A stretch of 64,000 nucleotides of DNA, taken from assembly GCA_964016885.1 (NCBI GenBank), contig OZ024743.1, forward strand, positions 305,102,001 through 305,166,000. Reading direction: 5' to 3'. Under the pieces are notes generated by a model that ran no database searches, was not told the DNA's origin, and saw only the letters and a program-made list of their open reading frames with translations. The stretch is from Eledone cirrhosa. Lineage: Eukaryota. The stretch's first letter is position 1. Every line of letters begins with the position of its first letter. This document shows, piece by piece, positions 47,412 through 59,948 of this stretch. The position numbers were made by a program, and so were the translations under genes.

Positions 47412-47625
47412 AATTGTTTCTACTTTAGGCACAAAGCCAGCAAATTGAAGGGGATGGGAAAGTCAATTAAATTGACTCCAATGCATTACTGGTACTTTAT
47501 TTATCTCATAAGAATGAAAGGCATAGCTAAACTCGCTGGAATTTGAATTCAGAATGTGAAGGGCTGTAACTAAATGGGGCAGAACATTTTGTGTGACACT
47601 TTAATGATGCAGCTAATCAGCAGGC
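47412..47625 (-). mobile_element. tRNA-type SINE, diverged copy
   Basis: Reverse-complement homolog of 62257-62440 (TTGTTTCTACTTT.GGCACA..CCAGCAA..CTGGTACTTTATT..ATGAAAGGCA..ATTTGAA.TCAGA). Confidence 0.75.
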
Positions 47626-48435
47626 TATACTGGCAATGAAATAATTGATCCATCAAATCAATCAACAAGATTCCATACCTCACTTGCTTTCTGAGTGTGT
47701 TGGAACTTGTCAAATAGGACCAAGAAAACAATGATATTTCCATAGCTGATACTATCTACCAGTTGCAACTCCTGTCAGAAGGAGCAATGTGAAATAAAAG
47801 ACATTACATATCACATGATCTGGAAACTGAACTTGCAATCACATGATTCTGAATCCAGTTCCCTAACCATTAAGCCATGCACCTTCACAATAATAATAAT
47901 AAGGATAATGACAAGCTAAATTAATAAAACATATTGAAATAATATTCATTTTTCAGCAAGTGCAGTGCCCCAGCATGACCTCAGCCAGATGGCTGGAACA
48001 GATAAAAGAGTAAAAGAGTATGCAAAATTAAATAAAAATAAATAATTTTAATAAAATTTCGATTTTCGAAATATTTTTTCAGACATTAAAAGAATAATTA
48101 TGTTCTGAGAGTTTAGTAACATCTCAATGTATTATAATCAATATATGTAGATTAATCATGTTTGTTAATATTGATCTATATGTATTGATCAAGCGTACCT
48201 ATTCCACCATGTAAAGAAGCTAATAGTAATGGTGTTAAGTGAGAAATGAACAGGTCTTTAGATTTGTATCTGCTATATTTATACCTTCTTTAACTGCAAT
48301 TACACTTCATATGATACAAATGAATGTTTCATTACTGGTGGAATATAAAAAAGAAACAATGACATCTGTTGTCTGTGGTTTGTATGTTATATATATATAT
48401 TTATCAACTGTTACATACAGTGTGTATGTTATATA

Positions 48436-48635
48436 TAAGAGGGTCAGCTGAAAACTTTATAGGCTGACAATGATATTCTCATGGAATGACCAAATGAGGT
48501 TTATTTTTCAATATAGTCCCTGGACAGTAATAATGCAGTTATTAATAAGAAGAGTTAAAATTAATGCATGTAAGATTTCACAGCTCTGGCATCACTCCTT
48601 CATAGTCAGCTTATGAACTTTTCAGCTCTTCTGTA
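48436..48635. mobile_element. Tc1/mariner-derived MITE
   Basis: Imperfect ~30-bp TIRs (GAGGGTCAGCTGAAAACTTTATAGGCTGAC / GTCAGCTTATGAACTTTTCAGCTCTTC) bounded by TA dinucleotides. Confidence 0.6.
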
Positions 48636-48714
48636 TGTATTTATCATATTTTTTTTGTTTAATTATATCTATTTGTTCAATATTGAGAAAAATACAAGAT
48701 TTGATCTGTCTTAC

Positions 48715-49017
48715 TTGTATGTAAACAGCTTCCTGGTATTACTGAAACACTGTCGAGTGCCACCGTTCCAGGTAATGTTTTATTTGAGAATATATATCTA
48801 ATGTTGTGCACTCCTTTAGATAGTGTAACATTGGCATTCCTCCAGATGTCAACATCAAATTTAGAAAGCTTCATCATCAAAATATCGTTGTCATACACTG
48901 TCACATTACCATCTCCAAAGAATGTATAAAAGAAGTTAAAACAAGAAGTGCTATCAACAGTTATTGAAGGTACTTCTAGAGAGCTTTCTTCTGTAGAATT
49001 TGATATTACATATTGAC
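48715..49017 (-). CDS. Exon 2: main body of a MAM domain
   Basis: Acceptor tttttcAG and donor GTAAGA; 303 nt, phase 1-1. GQYVISNSTEESSLEVPSITVDSTSCFNFFYTFFGDGNVTVY..DIWRNANVTL..GTVALDSVSVIPGSCLHT carries the MAM motifs C.F.Y, W and ALD.v...G.C. Confidence 0.9.
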
Positions 49018-49215
49018 CTGAAAAATAATGTAATATTTTATTTTAAGTGGTTGACTTAAGAAACATTGAAAAAATTGAAATGTGTGCATCTCAACGCAAC
49101 TAATAATAGTCAATTACTATAAATGATAATTGAGAAAATCAGGCAAAATATTCCTAGAAACAGAAAAAAAGTAAACAGGTACCTCTCTCCACTAATATTT
49201 ATAGTTGTCAAATTC

Positions 49216-49726
49216 TAAATACAAAGTAAAAACCTACTTCAGTAGGCATCTCTATCAAAACACCCCCCCCCGTCCCACCACCTCCACCCCATCCACACCG
49301 CCCCTTTCAATGTACAGTTATGTTGGTCCCACAACATCCAAGCCGAAACAAATGAGATCTTGTAGGTGTCACGACAAAAAAACACACAGTCCACGCTGTA
49401 AATGTGGCCGTGTAGGCAACACGGTAAAAACCTCCCAGCCCCACACTGTAAATGTGGTTGGTGTTAGGAAGGGCATCCAGCTGTAGAAAACCCGCCAGAC
49501 AGTCCACGCTGTAATGTGGCCGTGTAGGCAACACGGTAAAAACCTCCCAGCCCCACACTGTAAATGTGGTTGGTGTTAGGAAGGGCATCCAACTGTAGAA
49601 AACCCGCCAGACAGTCCTATGCGAGCAAGACAACCACTCTTGCCTCAAGTGGGAAAACCCCCGTCCAAACCCATGCAAGCGTGGAACACGGACGCTAAAC
49701 CTGATGATGATGATGATGATGATGAT
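49216..49726 (+). mobile_element. 3' UTR of an RTE LINE with (GAT)n tail and a ~113-bp internal tandem duplication
   Basis: Reverse-complement match to 59946-60346; the segment starting ACAGTCCACGCTGT occurs twice (~49386 and ~49499). Confidence 0.85.
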
Positions 49727-50225
49727 AATTGTGCTGGGATGCCAATTATTATTCAAACTAAACACCCTTCTCCAAGAGTAAGCATTTAAAGTGCATGAAA
49801 AATACCTTATAGAGCTGATAAATTTGTTTATTAGGAAAGGCCTTTCTTACTGTATGACTGACAGTATGTGCAAGATCTATTATGTATAGAAATAAAACAT
49901 AGGCAGTGCCTGTACAAGTTCTGATGTGATATGATATGTATTTTTTTAGTATTGCCCATTAAATGTGTATGTTAAGTGAATTGATAAATTGCTTGTAGTA
50001 GAGGGAATACTGGAAAGGAGATATTGTGTGAAAATGAGTTATTGTTAAGAAATTACAGTAATAAACGTCAAGCAAAAACTTGGGAAGAAATAGTAAAATT
50101 AGAACTAAGAACATTGAGCATCACAGACAAAACTATGTACAAGTGAACATAATAGAGAAATGGTGTATTGCAGACAAAAATGGTCAATGAAAGAACAAAA
50201 AATTGAAATGTTAAAAGATATTCAC

Positions 50226-50363
50226 CTTCATATGTTTTTTCTGAATGATCAAGTGTTGGTCTTTTCCCTGAAATACCAGTACTTAATATCCAAGAATCTG
50301 TTTCAGGAGAACTTTCAAATCCACAAATATTTGTGTCTTCAAAATCACAGTTAAGCAATTTTG
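50226..50363 (-). CDS. Exon 1 (first seen): N-terminus of a MAM domain
   Basis: Acceptor atttcAG and donor GTGAAT; 138 nt, phase 1-1. KLLNCDFEDTNICGFESSPETDSWILSTGISGKRPTLDHSEKTYEG has the CDFE...CG...W...P..DH MAM signature. Confidence 0.9.
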
Positions 50364-50520
50364 CTGAAATTATAAATAAAGTAAACTCAATGAAAGACAA
50401 CAAAAAATGACAGCAAATTATTAATAACTAGCAGAATTACCCGGCGTTGACCGGTGTAACTCTCAATGGAGTAGTTGTTCAAATGAACCAAAAGACTTCC
50501 GTTAAACACGAATATAGAAG

Positions 50521-50830
50521 TAACAATTTATATGTTTTGTCCCTAAAGAGGGCCTTTGAACATTCACTTTGAAATATCTCTGCAGCGGTGCTGCCAGCAA
50601 AGACGAATCCAGCGATAACAATTTATAGTTGGTGACCCTGAAGAAGACCTTCTAACGTTCACTTTGAAATATCTCAGCGGCGGTGCTGCCAGCAAAGATG
50701 AATCCAATGGTAACAATTTAAACTCGGTGGCCCTGAAGAGGGCCTTGGATCGTTCACTCTTAAAAGTCCCAGCAGCAGTGCTGTCAGCAAAGACGACTCC
50801 GATTAGAGGTGGTGGCCCTTAAGAAGTCCT
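50521..50830. repeat. 95-bp tandem repeat (~3.3 copies) in the Helitron 3' region
   Basis: TAACAATTTA recurs at 50521, 50616 and 50711, with a shared GCGGTGCTGCCAGCAAAGA core. Confidence 0.85.
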
Positions 50831-50998
50831 TCACACCACTTTGGTGTGTCCTATTTGCTTTGCTTGTTATTTGAGATTGTAACCTAGAAAAGCATGTAAC
50901 AGTCGGTGGCCACAAAAACGGCCTTGGCAAGAACACGCTGGAATGACCAAAAAATGTGTAAATAAGATGTAGGGAAAAGTAGATTAATTAGGTTAAAA

Positions 50999-53835
50999 CT
51001 ACGGCACAACGATAGCAAAGTGTAATAGCAACATATAATTCTGTGGGGTAATTAACAACTTTTCCGGATCAGCCATAGAGTCAAGGGACTTGTAGATGTG
51101 CAGGTTTCCAGGCAAGCACAGCATTAGCTGTTCATTGATGTTTCCAACTATGTGGTTTTTCGAAGCTAATATTGCGCGTTCACACAACCACTCTTGATTG
51201 GTGTAGTTGTCTTCAAGATTCGGAAAAACAAACGTCCGTAACTCAGCAATTGACTTAACGCATCAGCAAATCCCTGTGAGATCCGCTGCACCATCTCTGT
51301 CGAGTGGGACTTTGCCATCTCACAACCTCAAAATGGCAGCAGCTAACCCACTGATGTCTCATCACCTTGCAGTTGTGCTCTCATGTTTGTTGTAAGCGTC
51401 AGCTTTCTTACATAATGCCGAAGTGGGGAGGCCTTAAGGCATGCACCAACCTCATCAGCCCTCGTACCTTTTGGGATTACAGGCAGAGTCTGTCGGAAGT
51501 CCCCAGATAACAAGAAAGTGACACCTCCCATTGGTTCTTGACAGTCCCTGATGTCTCTGAGTGATCGGTCTATTGCCTCGAAAGCCGCCTTGTGGGTCAT
51601 TGTGCATTCGTCCCAAACAATTAGTAGGCAGTGCTTTAACACCAGTGCTTTTCAGGAAGACTTGCTGATGTTGCACGTGGGTGTCTCAGATGCCAGGTTG
51701 AGAGGAAGACTGAAGATAGAATGGGCCGTCCTGCCACCAGGCAGCAAAGTTGCTGCAATGCCGGAAGAATCCACGACCAATGCGATGTGTCCGTGTTGCC
51801 ACACTGCAGCGAGTAAAATGTTGATTACAAATGTTTTGCCCGTGCCTCCAGGTGCATCCAGGAAGAATATACCCCCTCCCCGATTACGGATGGAATCAAC
51901 GACAATGTTGTAGGCTTGTTTTTGATTCACTAGAAGTTTTGGTTCATTTTCATCAACATACCTTTTGAGTTCGTCGACATCATATGACGTTTCACGTATA
52001 ATATCGTTGGGAATGTCAGATGGCGCATCTCGAAGTGTTTGCCCATATTTCTCCAAGATATCTCCGCCACTCTGTCTTCAATATCGATCAGAGCTCTGTT
52101 ATATGTAGCGTCTGAAAAGCCGACATCTAAGTTTGGAGATTGGAATTGAGCGAGGCGCCTATATTCGCCTGCGAGATCATCTTTAAACTTTTGCCATAAA
52201 GAATCAGGATCGCTCAATTCACAGACGTGCAAGAGGATAGCAAAAAGTGCTCTTAGACTATGGGATGATTATGAGATGGCAACTTCCGTCAAGGTTGCAT
52301 CCCATTGTGCGTCATCTTCTAAAAGTCCACGCCTCAAGCAGGCTTCCCTGTACGTTCCGCAGGCGTATCCAGTGACGGTTCTCAGATGAGTGAAGCTGGT
52401 CGGCCCTCATGAACAGAAGTCGCAGGTAGAAGCATTCGTGTTGGGTTGGGTGGACCTTATAAACTCGCCCAAGGCAATTGTCACATTTGATGCCTGGATG
52501 TCCAACCACCGCTTGCCCTACCTTCCTTCGTAGCCATTTTGTCCGGTTCCATGTATAGTAAGACGGTATTTCAGAATATAGCAGAGTTCGAGCGAAGTCG
52601 TCGTGTTGACAAAGTTTTAAAAAAGAGGTGAGTATAGTTTCCTTTGGTGAGATCGCTAGCTGAGCAGCTGTTACATTGTTGAAATACACCCGTTGACGTT
52701 TTCAAGGTAAACGGCAAGTTGTTTAATGGCGGGGTGTCGTTGGTGCAATGGAAAGCCAAAAATCCGCCAAAAGGCTTCATTGCTGCTAATGTATTGGCCT
52801 ACTTGGTAGTCAGATACCTCGTCTTACTGTTTTCATGACGAAGACGAAAGACGACAGCATCCGATCCCTTGTTTACGTACTTACAAATGTATTTAATTGA
52901 TTTTACTGAGTTGCAAAATTCGACGTTTATATGGGCGTTGAACGCTTTCAAGAGGAGGGGGCAATATGGCACTATCCATCTGTTGTCGATTTCGCGTTCG
53001 CCAACTTTTGCTGTGAACCCACCGTATTCAGGTCTCCTGCGCCTATACAACAGATATCCGTCACCGCCTGTCTGTGTTTCCTGTAAAAACGGCCTAGGAT
53101 ATCGTTTTGTACAATTTCCGTCGTGTATGCACGGGGACTTCATATTGAGTCCATGTCCGCAAGGACCATGGACCAGCAGTTTCTTTTGAATTAATTTAAT
53201 GAACCGTAATCTCTCGGACTCCATTTTGACGACCATATGAACAGAAAATGGTTGGAAAAGGTCCCGAGAACGGTGTAGATGGTTGAATGAATTGTCCCTT
53301 ACCAAAAATCGGAAAGCGTAGAAATCCATGCAGGTGACAGTTTTGCTAAGATGTGCCTCACCATTGCCTGCCGAATGTTGATGAATTCCGAAATGGTATC
53401 CGTCCTCTCCGTTGACAAATAACAATGGATACTGGAGTGCAACGTAGGACCTGTGTGTCTCATTGATACACTGTACGGTGCTGTTCACCACAAATAACCG
53501 CAGCAATCTCATTACATGTTGGTGCGTTGAACCGACCAGCGTTTTATTATGGTTTCAATGTTAATTTCGGAAGAAATAGAGTTTCACATCTCTGCCTGCT
53601 CCTGATAGTTTCCAACGGAGTATAACTGAAGAAATTGATGATCCTTTTCTGTCAGTGGCTGAATAGACCCAATCGAGTGGTAGATCTGCCCCTGCACCTT
53701 GAAAGTTGGCAGGAACCCACGCCCTGAAGCAAGCTTTGCTCCGAAGGATGTCATCTGAAACGCGGAATTGTAGCGGCAGTTATTACGCAGAAACTTCGAC
53801 GATTTCACCGTCGTGTCTGTCAAAAGGAGTTGCAA
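50999..53835 (-). pseudogene. Frameshifted Helitron RepHel (Rep plus PIF1-like helicase)
   Basis: YNSAFQMTSFG; YPLLF..GEDG; HGPCG..SPC..KRYP; DNRWIVPY..FNAHINVEFC..IKYICKYVNKG; FLDAPGGTGKT; GGRTAHS; IVWDECTM; GDFRQTLPV. The segment before HGPCG, where the HUH motif normally lies, appears deleted. Confidence 0.92.
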
Positions 53836-54834
53836 TGTGTCCGGTAAAGTTAAAATCGAACGTAAACTTCAAAAGTTATCAGGTACTAATACAGTGTTAA
53901 TGTGAACTTCAATAGATAAGTCGAAGGGGCTTACTGACCCCCAGGGGTCCCCTTTATAAATTCAAGTAAAAGTTCATGTGTTCACCTTCCTCTATAAGCC
54001 ATGGGTAACCAATACGTCTCGTTTCGTGAAAACCAAAAACCAACTCAAGCAGTTCTGACGTTTTGTTGCATTCATCAAGTCGGTTTACTGCCCCCAATGG
54101 GTCTCCTACCTGAATTTCTGCGCAAGTGCTTGCCTGAACATTTATTTGTAGGCCATAAGCAAACAAAAGATTAATTTTGCTGAAGATGGGAGGCAAACTG
54201 CAAGAATGATGGGGCCTTTATGCAGTAGTACTCTGACTCCAAGCGAGAGGCTTAAAGGGGTTACTGCCTCTGGGGGCTCCACAATCGATGTATGGAAAAA
54301 TAACACGTAATAGGACTTCAGAAACCTATGTATGAAATTTAGTGCAAATCGGTTGTAAAATGTAGAAATGCATGCGGTTACACAGACAGACAGACATCTT
54401 CTGTTTTATATATAGAGATGAAACAATCCTGATATTTCTGTAGAACATTAGCTAATGGTACGTTATTCAACTTAGTTTAATGTGTTAATATCAAGTTATA
54501 TTTCGTAATTTCAAATCTCAGGACCAATATAGATCAGGGTTATTGCAAGTGCCATAGCTGGTTTTAGAGAAATAAACCTGCAATGTAAAGTTGTTTTGAA
54601 AATAATATAGACATATAATGCAGATGAATGATGATCACTGGGTGAAGAAGTACCAAGAAATCTAACTGGAAGGAAGCCACGGTAGTGATAGATCTAGATA
54701 GACATGTGTAGAGGTAGTGAGAACTGATCCCAAAGCACTGAGACTTATAGAGCAAATAACAAAGGAACACTATAAGTGAATAGATGCTGTGTTGAGATGG
54801 ACCTGTCCAACCCATGCAAGAGGAACCCAAATAG

Positions 54835-55130
54835 GGGGTCTAACCCTCATTAGTATGTCTTAATATTATTGAAATTTGCTGAAATGTTGTGAATAGGCAT
54901 CATATCTTGTTATTTACCTATGGTTCAAATTTCATATACATTGACGGGAAAATACATTCAGTGGGGGTTTGTGCCCTGGGGAACCCTTTGATTAAAATGA
55001 AATATACTTATCCAAGTACCCTGGGCAATGTTGTTTAAGAATATATATGGTTATGGGGGTCTATCCCCCAAACCATAGGAGTAGTTCGTGAACAAACAAA
55101 CAAACAGACAGGAATACAACTTTATATATA
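54835..55130 (-). mobile_element. Probable non-autonomous Helitron-like fragment
   Basis: Ends in (CAAA)n/CAGACA..TTTATATATA, like the Helitron 5' region at 54380-54418; no 3' terminus recognised. Confidence 0.4.
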
Positions 55131-55211
55131 TATTTGTTTTGCGAGGTTTTTGATATGAAATCATGTGTCGAAACACATATTGTTATACTTGGGGAGGGTC
55201 ATATTGTTTTA

Positions 55212-55398
55212 ATAATTGTTTCTACTTTTGGCACAAGGCCAGCAATTACCCAGTACATTAATGGTACTTTATTTTATCGACCTCGTAAGGATGAAAGGCA
55301 AAGTTAACCGCGGCGGGATTTGAACTCAGATCGTAAAGGGATGTAACTATGCTGGAAAGCATGTCCGACCCTCTACCGATACAGCCAAATATTGCCAG
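55212..55398 (-). mobile_element. tRNA-type SINE
   Basis: Close reverse-complement match to 62257-62440; B box GAGTTCAAATCC on the minus strand. Confidence 0.85.
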
Positions 55399-55547
55399 AA
55401 TTAATAACAGAACACACTCACTGTTTGGTTGGTTTTCGCTTTTGTATCTTTTATATCAGTTAATGCATTCGGTCCTCAATGTTTACCATTGACTGACCAA
55501 CGGTCAAAAATACAGATATAATATAGATATAAACACATATATATAGT

Positions 55548-57539
55548 CTAACAAAGTTCTTACGCTAAACCCATGGCCTCCAAATATCTGATACTCAAAA
55601 ACTCAGCAATGTCCAGTAGTGCTAAGTTTAATATTCTGATCGCAGACTTGGTACAAGTGATGAAGAACGTGTCCCGCATGTGTGACCCAACAGAAATGGA
55701 ACCAGCAGGTGACACCGCCGCTCACGCAACGTAACGTGGTTCAATCCTCCCCACAAGGCCGAGGTGACAACACCTATCGGGAAATCTTCTTTAAGCTCCT
55801 CGAAAAACACTTCCCACTACAACACCGCTACCACAACATAATCAACAAAAACACAATCAAACTCTCCTACAGCACCACACCTAACTTCGCACAAAACAAC
55901 TTCTCTTCAAACAACAAAACTTCTCCTCAAACAACAAAACTTCTCCTCAAACAACAAAAACTCAACCCCTATGGAAGAAACAACCTAGACATCAGTGGAG
56001 AGCCGACCAGGAGGTGTAACTGCCCTGATAGATCTACGTGCCCCTCAACAACAGATGCCGAGAACGTAACGTGAGGACGGACACCTCCAACAAAGCTTAT
56101 ATAGGATTAACCGCTTGTGACTTCAAGACCCGGCTCTACCAACACCGACATACTTTCCGAAACCCAATCCGGCGACATGCCACTACACTTTCGGGCCACA
56201 TCTGGGACATCCAAGATAATAATATAACCTACAATCTCACTTGGAGCTTACTGTCCAGAGCTAACTCTTACACGGGAGGACGCCATACGTGTAACTTATG
56301 CTCGGAGGAAACATTACAAATGCTGTTCTCGAAGGACCAACTCCTAAACAAGAAAGACGAACTGGTAACCGCATGCAAACACAGATTGCGTAGGACTTAC
56401 CTCGCCCTCAAACCTCATAACGACCCGGGTGGGTAGACAAGGGCTGATAGCCCTCCACTTGCTGAATAAGTTAGGGGAAACCCCAGCTTACATAGGTAGA
56501 TGTACCTCTTTTCTTTTCCTCTATGTTTTCTTCTTCCCCCTGTCTCATCCTATCACTTCCTTCCACCCCAATCTTCTTATTCGTCTGTTTTTCCTCTTTC
56601 GCCTAGAAAATGCAGCCCATCGGGTCTCTGTAGCCTCAGTACCCCCACCCCTGTAATTTTAAGATAGAATTGGTCGAATACGCTTTACTAACTATTTATA
56701 GCAGATGTGTTAGACCCCTGTAATTTCGTATCATTTTTGTTACTACTCCATTTCTACAATTTCTAAATTTTTTTCTATTCTCAACTTATTAACCTATAAT
56801 TGTAAGATAGCTTTGGCGGAATACGCTTTACTAACTATTTTTAGCAGCTGTGTTAGAGCCCTGAAAAGTTTGCTTTACATTTTTTCACTACCCACTTCTA
56901 CAATTTCTTATTTAGTATTTTCCATTCTCAACTTATTAACCTTTTCTATAGCTTTGCCCGTACAAGCAACACCTACTAATCATAGCAGCTGTTTCTAGAC
57001 CATACTGTTTTTGTGTTTTTATTATTCATTTCTCACTATCTAATTTTATATATTTTTTATATTTGTTTCTATTGTTTTTTATTGTCTCCTACTCTCATTC
57101 GCATTACCTATTCTATAACTTCCCTCCTCCATATTCTTCAGAACAATTTTTCGACTTTTCATACACTAACCTTAACATCTGCTGTATACATATCACTTTC
57201 AACGCTTGACCGGCTCCATTCACTCCCTCGTTGTTCTACAGGCAATTTCAGCCACCCCTACCTCCCAGCAAATGCCATGATAGACTTATTTGTGTTTACA
57301 ACAAATTTTGACCAATCCTCTTGACAACTACAATCTTTCCATATAAAGAAGTACCCCTTGAGAAGTTCGGCCATTTATTCACCAGGCTAAAAATTCTAAT
57401 TTAGTCCAGAAATAGCCGTCGAAACGGCTTGAGCCCTGTCGTCGGGGTCATACTTTTTCCTATTACCTACTCTACTACCCTAAGTATTGAGTACTCTGGT
57501 GCGTTATGGTCCATCTGGTTCCTTAACACAATTCCTTCG

Positions 57540-57540
<1 letters not shown>
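55548..57540 (+). mobile_element. 5'-truncated, frameshifted Penelope-like element (RT thumb, linker, GIY-YIG endonuclease, long 3' UTR); possibly Naiad-type
   Basis: YAKPMAS..SAMSSSAK (thumb); KHFP..H..NKNTIKLSYS; CNC.....CP; YIGLT..FKTRLYQH; LSGHIW; CNLC.EE; LNKKDEL..CKH. Flanked by (TA)n. The clade call is an inference. Confidence 0.8.
57351..57453 (+). ncRNA. Degenerate hammerhead-like motif at the Penelope 3' end
   Basis: ACCCC-TTGAGAAG..CGGCCATTT/AAATAGCCG..GAAAC-GGC TTGA GCC..GTC-GGGGT. Stems and GAAAC/GUC are present, but the CUGANGA box is not canonical. Confidence 0.35.
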
Positions 57541-57587
<47 letters not shown>

Positions 57588-58114
57588 GTAGAATACTGGT
57601 GTGTTATATCTGTATTAGTAGAGCACTCAGTCCATGGGACGAGTTTGGTAGAAGTAGTTCCACAATAGTAAGTTATTTCTAAGTCTAAGACATACGCAAA
57701 TGGGAATCCATCTTCTGGGCTGTGCATTAAAGAAAGATTCAATATCCCGAGTAGATTATGTAGTTGCGCTTGTCTAAATTCAAGGAATGAACTTTTTTCA
57801 CGTTGTCCACATGTCTGGAAACACCTATTACATAATTACAAAGCCCTGGATTGACTAACATGAACAATATATAATATTCTGAATAACATGAATAATTTAT
57901 TCCGAGCATCCACAATTATCTCCCTACATCGATCTATTGAAGGTTTACCTACCCCGCATAAAGTGACTGCTTCTGCAGATTCATATTCATACAGTTGCTT
58001 TTCCTTTTCCATACAATTTCATTTAGACCGAGCTGATGATTCGAATAAGGTGAACCAATTAATCTCAGTAATGGTTAACTAACTGCTGTGGAAATACTTA
58101 TATATATACATTTT

Positions 58115-59723
58115 ATGGACCTGGTCATAAAAGTGACGGAAAGATTTACAGGACAGTTGATTAGGGACCGGATAAAAGTAGATGAGATGCAATTTGGGTT
58201 TGTGCCAGGAAAAGGCACCACTGATGCTCTCTTCTTTGTGAGATAGTTAAGGAAAAGTACCTAGCTAAAAGTAAGCTGCTCTACTTGGCATTTGTCAATC
58301 TGGAAAAAGTTCTCAACAGAGTGCCCCAAGCTATAATCTGGTGGGCTCTTAGAAAATTAGGAGTAAATGAATGTCTTGTGAAAGCTGTACAAGCCATGTA
58401 TAGGGGAGCAGTCAGCAAACGAGGGTTAACAATGACTATAGGGAGGAATTTACCATACAGTCAGTGTGCACCAGGGCTCTGTTCTTAGCCCTCTCCTGCT
58501 TATTGTAGTATTGCAGGCTTTAATAGAGGAGATTAAAACCGGATGCACATCGGAACTTCTGTATAGGGATGATCTTACACTTATAGCTGAATCTATGGTG
58601 GAACAAAAGAAGAAATTCCAAAATTGGAAGCAGGGTTAGAAAGACTGGGTCTCAAAGTAAACCTGACAAAGATATGGCCTTGCTCAGTGTGTAGGAAAGG
58701 TGTAGGTAAGAATTCCATCCTCTGCTCCAAATGCAAACTATGAGTACACAAGAGATGTAGTGGGATCTCAGGAAGCTCAGTTAAGAATGTAGGCTTTACA
58801 TGTAGCAGCTGCACCAGGACAGTAAGCAGCAAATGGCCACAGGGAACAAGCACTACCAAACTCTGGGAGGGCTCTGTTGAAACAGTAGACAGCTTCTGCT
58901 ACCTAGGTGACTGAATTAGTAGGAGAGGTGGGTGTACAGTAACCAGGGTAAGAATGGGATGGAAGAAGTTCAGAGAGCTACTACCACTGATAGCTGCAAA
59001 ATGCTTTTCCCTCAAAATAAAAAGCAGACTGTATGATGCGTCCATACGAACAGCAATGTTACATGGTAGTGAGGCCTGGGCACTGTGTGTAGATTAGAAA
59101 GAAATGAAGCTTGTATGCTCCAATGGATATGCAATAGTAATATATGCGAATGGCAAAGCATAAACGAATTGAGAGAGAGAGACTGAGCAAAAGAGGAATT
59201 AAATGATGTGTGCAGAAGAGGTGGTTGCATTGGTATGGTAATGTGATGCATGTGAAGTATGGCAGCAACATAAAAAGGTGCAGAGCACTAAAAGTTGATG
59301 GAAGCCTTGGAGTGGGGAGACCCAAGAAGACCCAAGATGAGTTGATAAAAGCTGACATTGTCCAATTGCACCTCTCAAAGATGATGACACAGGACTGTCA
59401 CCTCTGGCGTCAAGCAGTAGTACAGAAGACCCAACTTCCCATGGATTCAAGCCGAAGTTAAAGCATATAGACAATATGCCCCCACCCCCAAACACTGCAA
59501 AGTGGTCGTGGAGGTGTCACGGAAAAAAAGCACCCAACACTCACTGTAAACGAGGTTGGTGTTAGGAGCGGCATCCAGCTGTAGAAATCAAACTAGAATC
59601 AGTTCCTGTATGAGCAAGACAAGGTAACCAAACCTGGCACTGCACACAACAGGACAACCCATTTAACCCATGCTAGCATGGAAGAATGGACGTAAAACGG
59701 TGATGATGATGATGATGATGATG
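58115..59723 (+). mobile_element. Degraded 5'-truncated RTE LINE with (GAT)n tail
   Basis: MQFGFVPGKGTTDA, AFVNLEK..RVP, VHQGSVLSPLL, LLYRDDL, WPCSVCRKGVG..VHKRCSG, SFCYLG, LHGSEAW, VGRPKKT; many stops and frameshifts. Confidence 0.9.
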
Positions 59724-59724
59724 A

Positions 59725-59761
<37 letters not shown>

Positions 59762-59904
59762 ATATATATATATAGATGATTTCCATCGAATGAAACAGTA
59801 CTAGCCCTGTAGAAGCCATTACTATATTAAATATTGTATATAAACTACTATGTATTGAGTGCCTTACTTACTGTGGTTACCCCCGATTGAATGCGGGATA
59901 CACA

Positions 59905-59945
<41 letters not shown>

Positions 59946-59948
<3 letters not shown>

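Larger units (their letters stand above)
50428..54418 (-). mobile_element. Helitron (~4 kb, both termini present, internally deleted)
   Basis: On the minus strand the 5' end is A|TCTCTATATATAAAA and the 3' end is a hairpin CCGGTCAACGCCGG followed by CTAG|T. Inserted between A and T with no TSD. Confidence 0.92.

Noticed and set aside
48195-48350. Candidate extra exon between the MAM and LDLa exons
   Set aside because: Stops occur in all frames from the candidate acceptors, and the flanking exons already join in phase.
50625-50760. CTGAAGA...GAAA motifs in the Helitron 95-bp repeats as possible hammerheads
   Set aside because: Convincing stems I and III cannot be built and the boxes are not conserved across the three copies.
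57955-58015. Possible upstream exon on the minus strand (MEKEKQLYEYESAEAVTLCGV followed by GTAAAC)
   Set aside because: No signal peptide or domain similarity and a weak donor; unsupported without transcript data.
57661-58090. CACAATAG...CTGCTGTG as Transib-like TIRs
   Set aside because: Only a 12/15 match, with no TSD and no transposase remnant.
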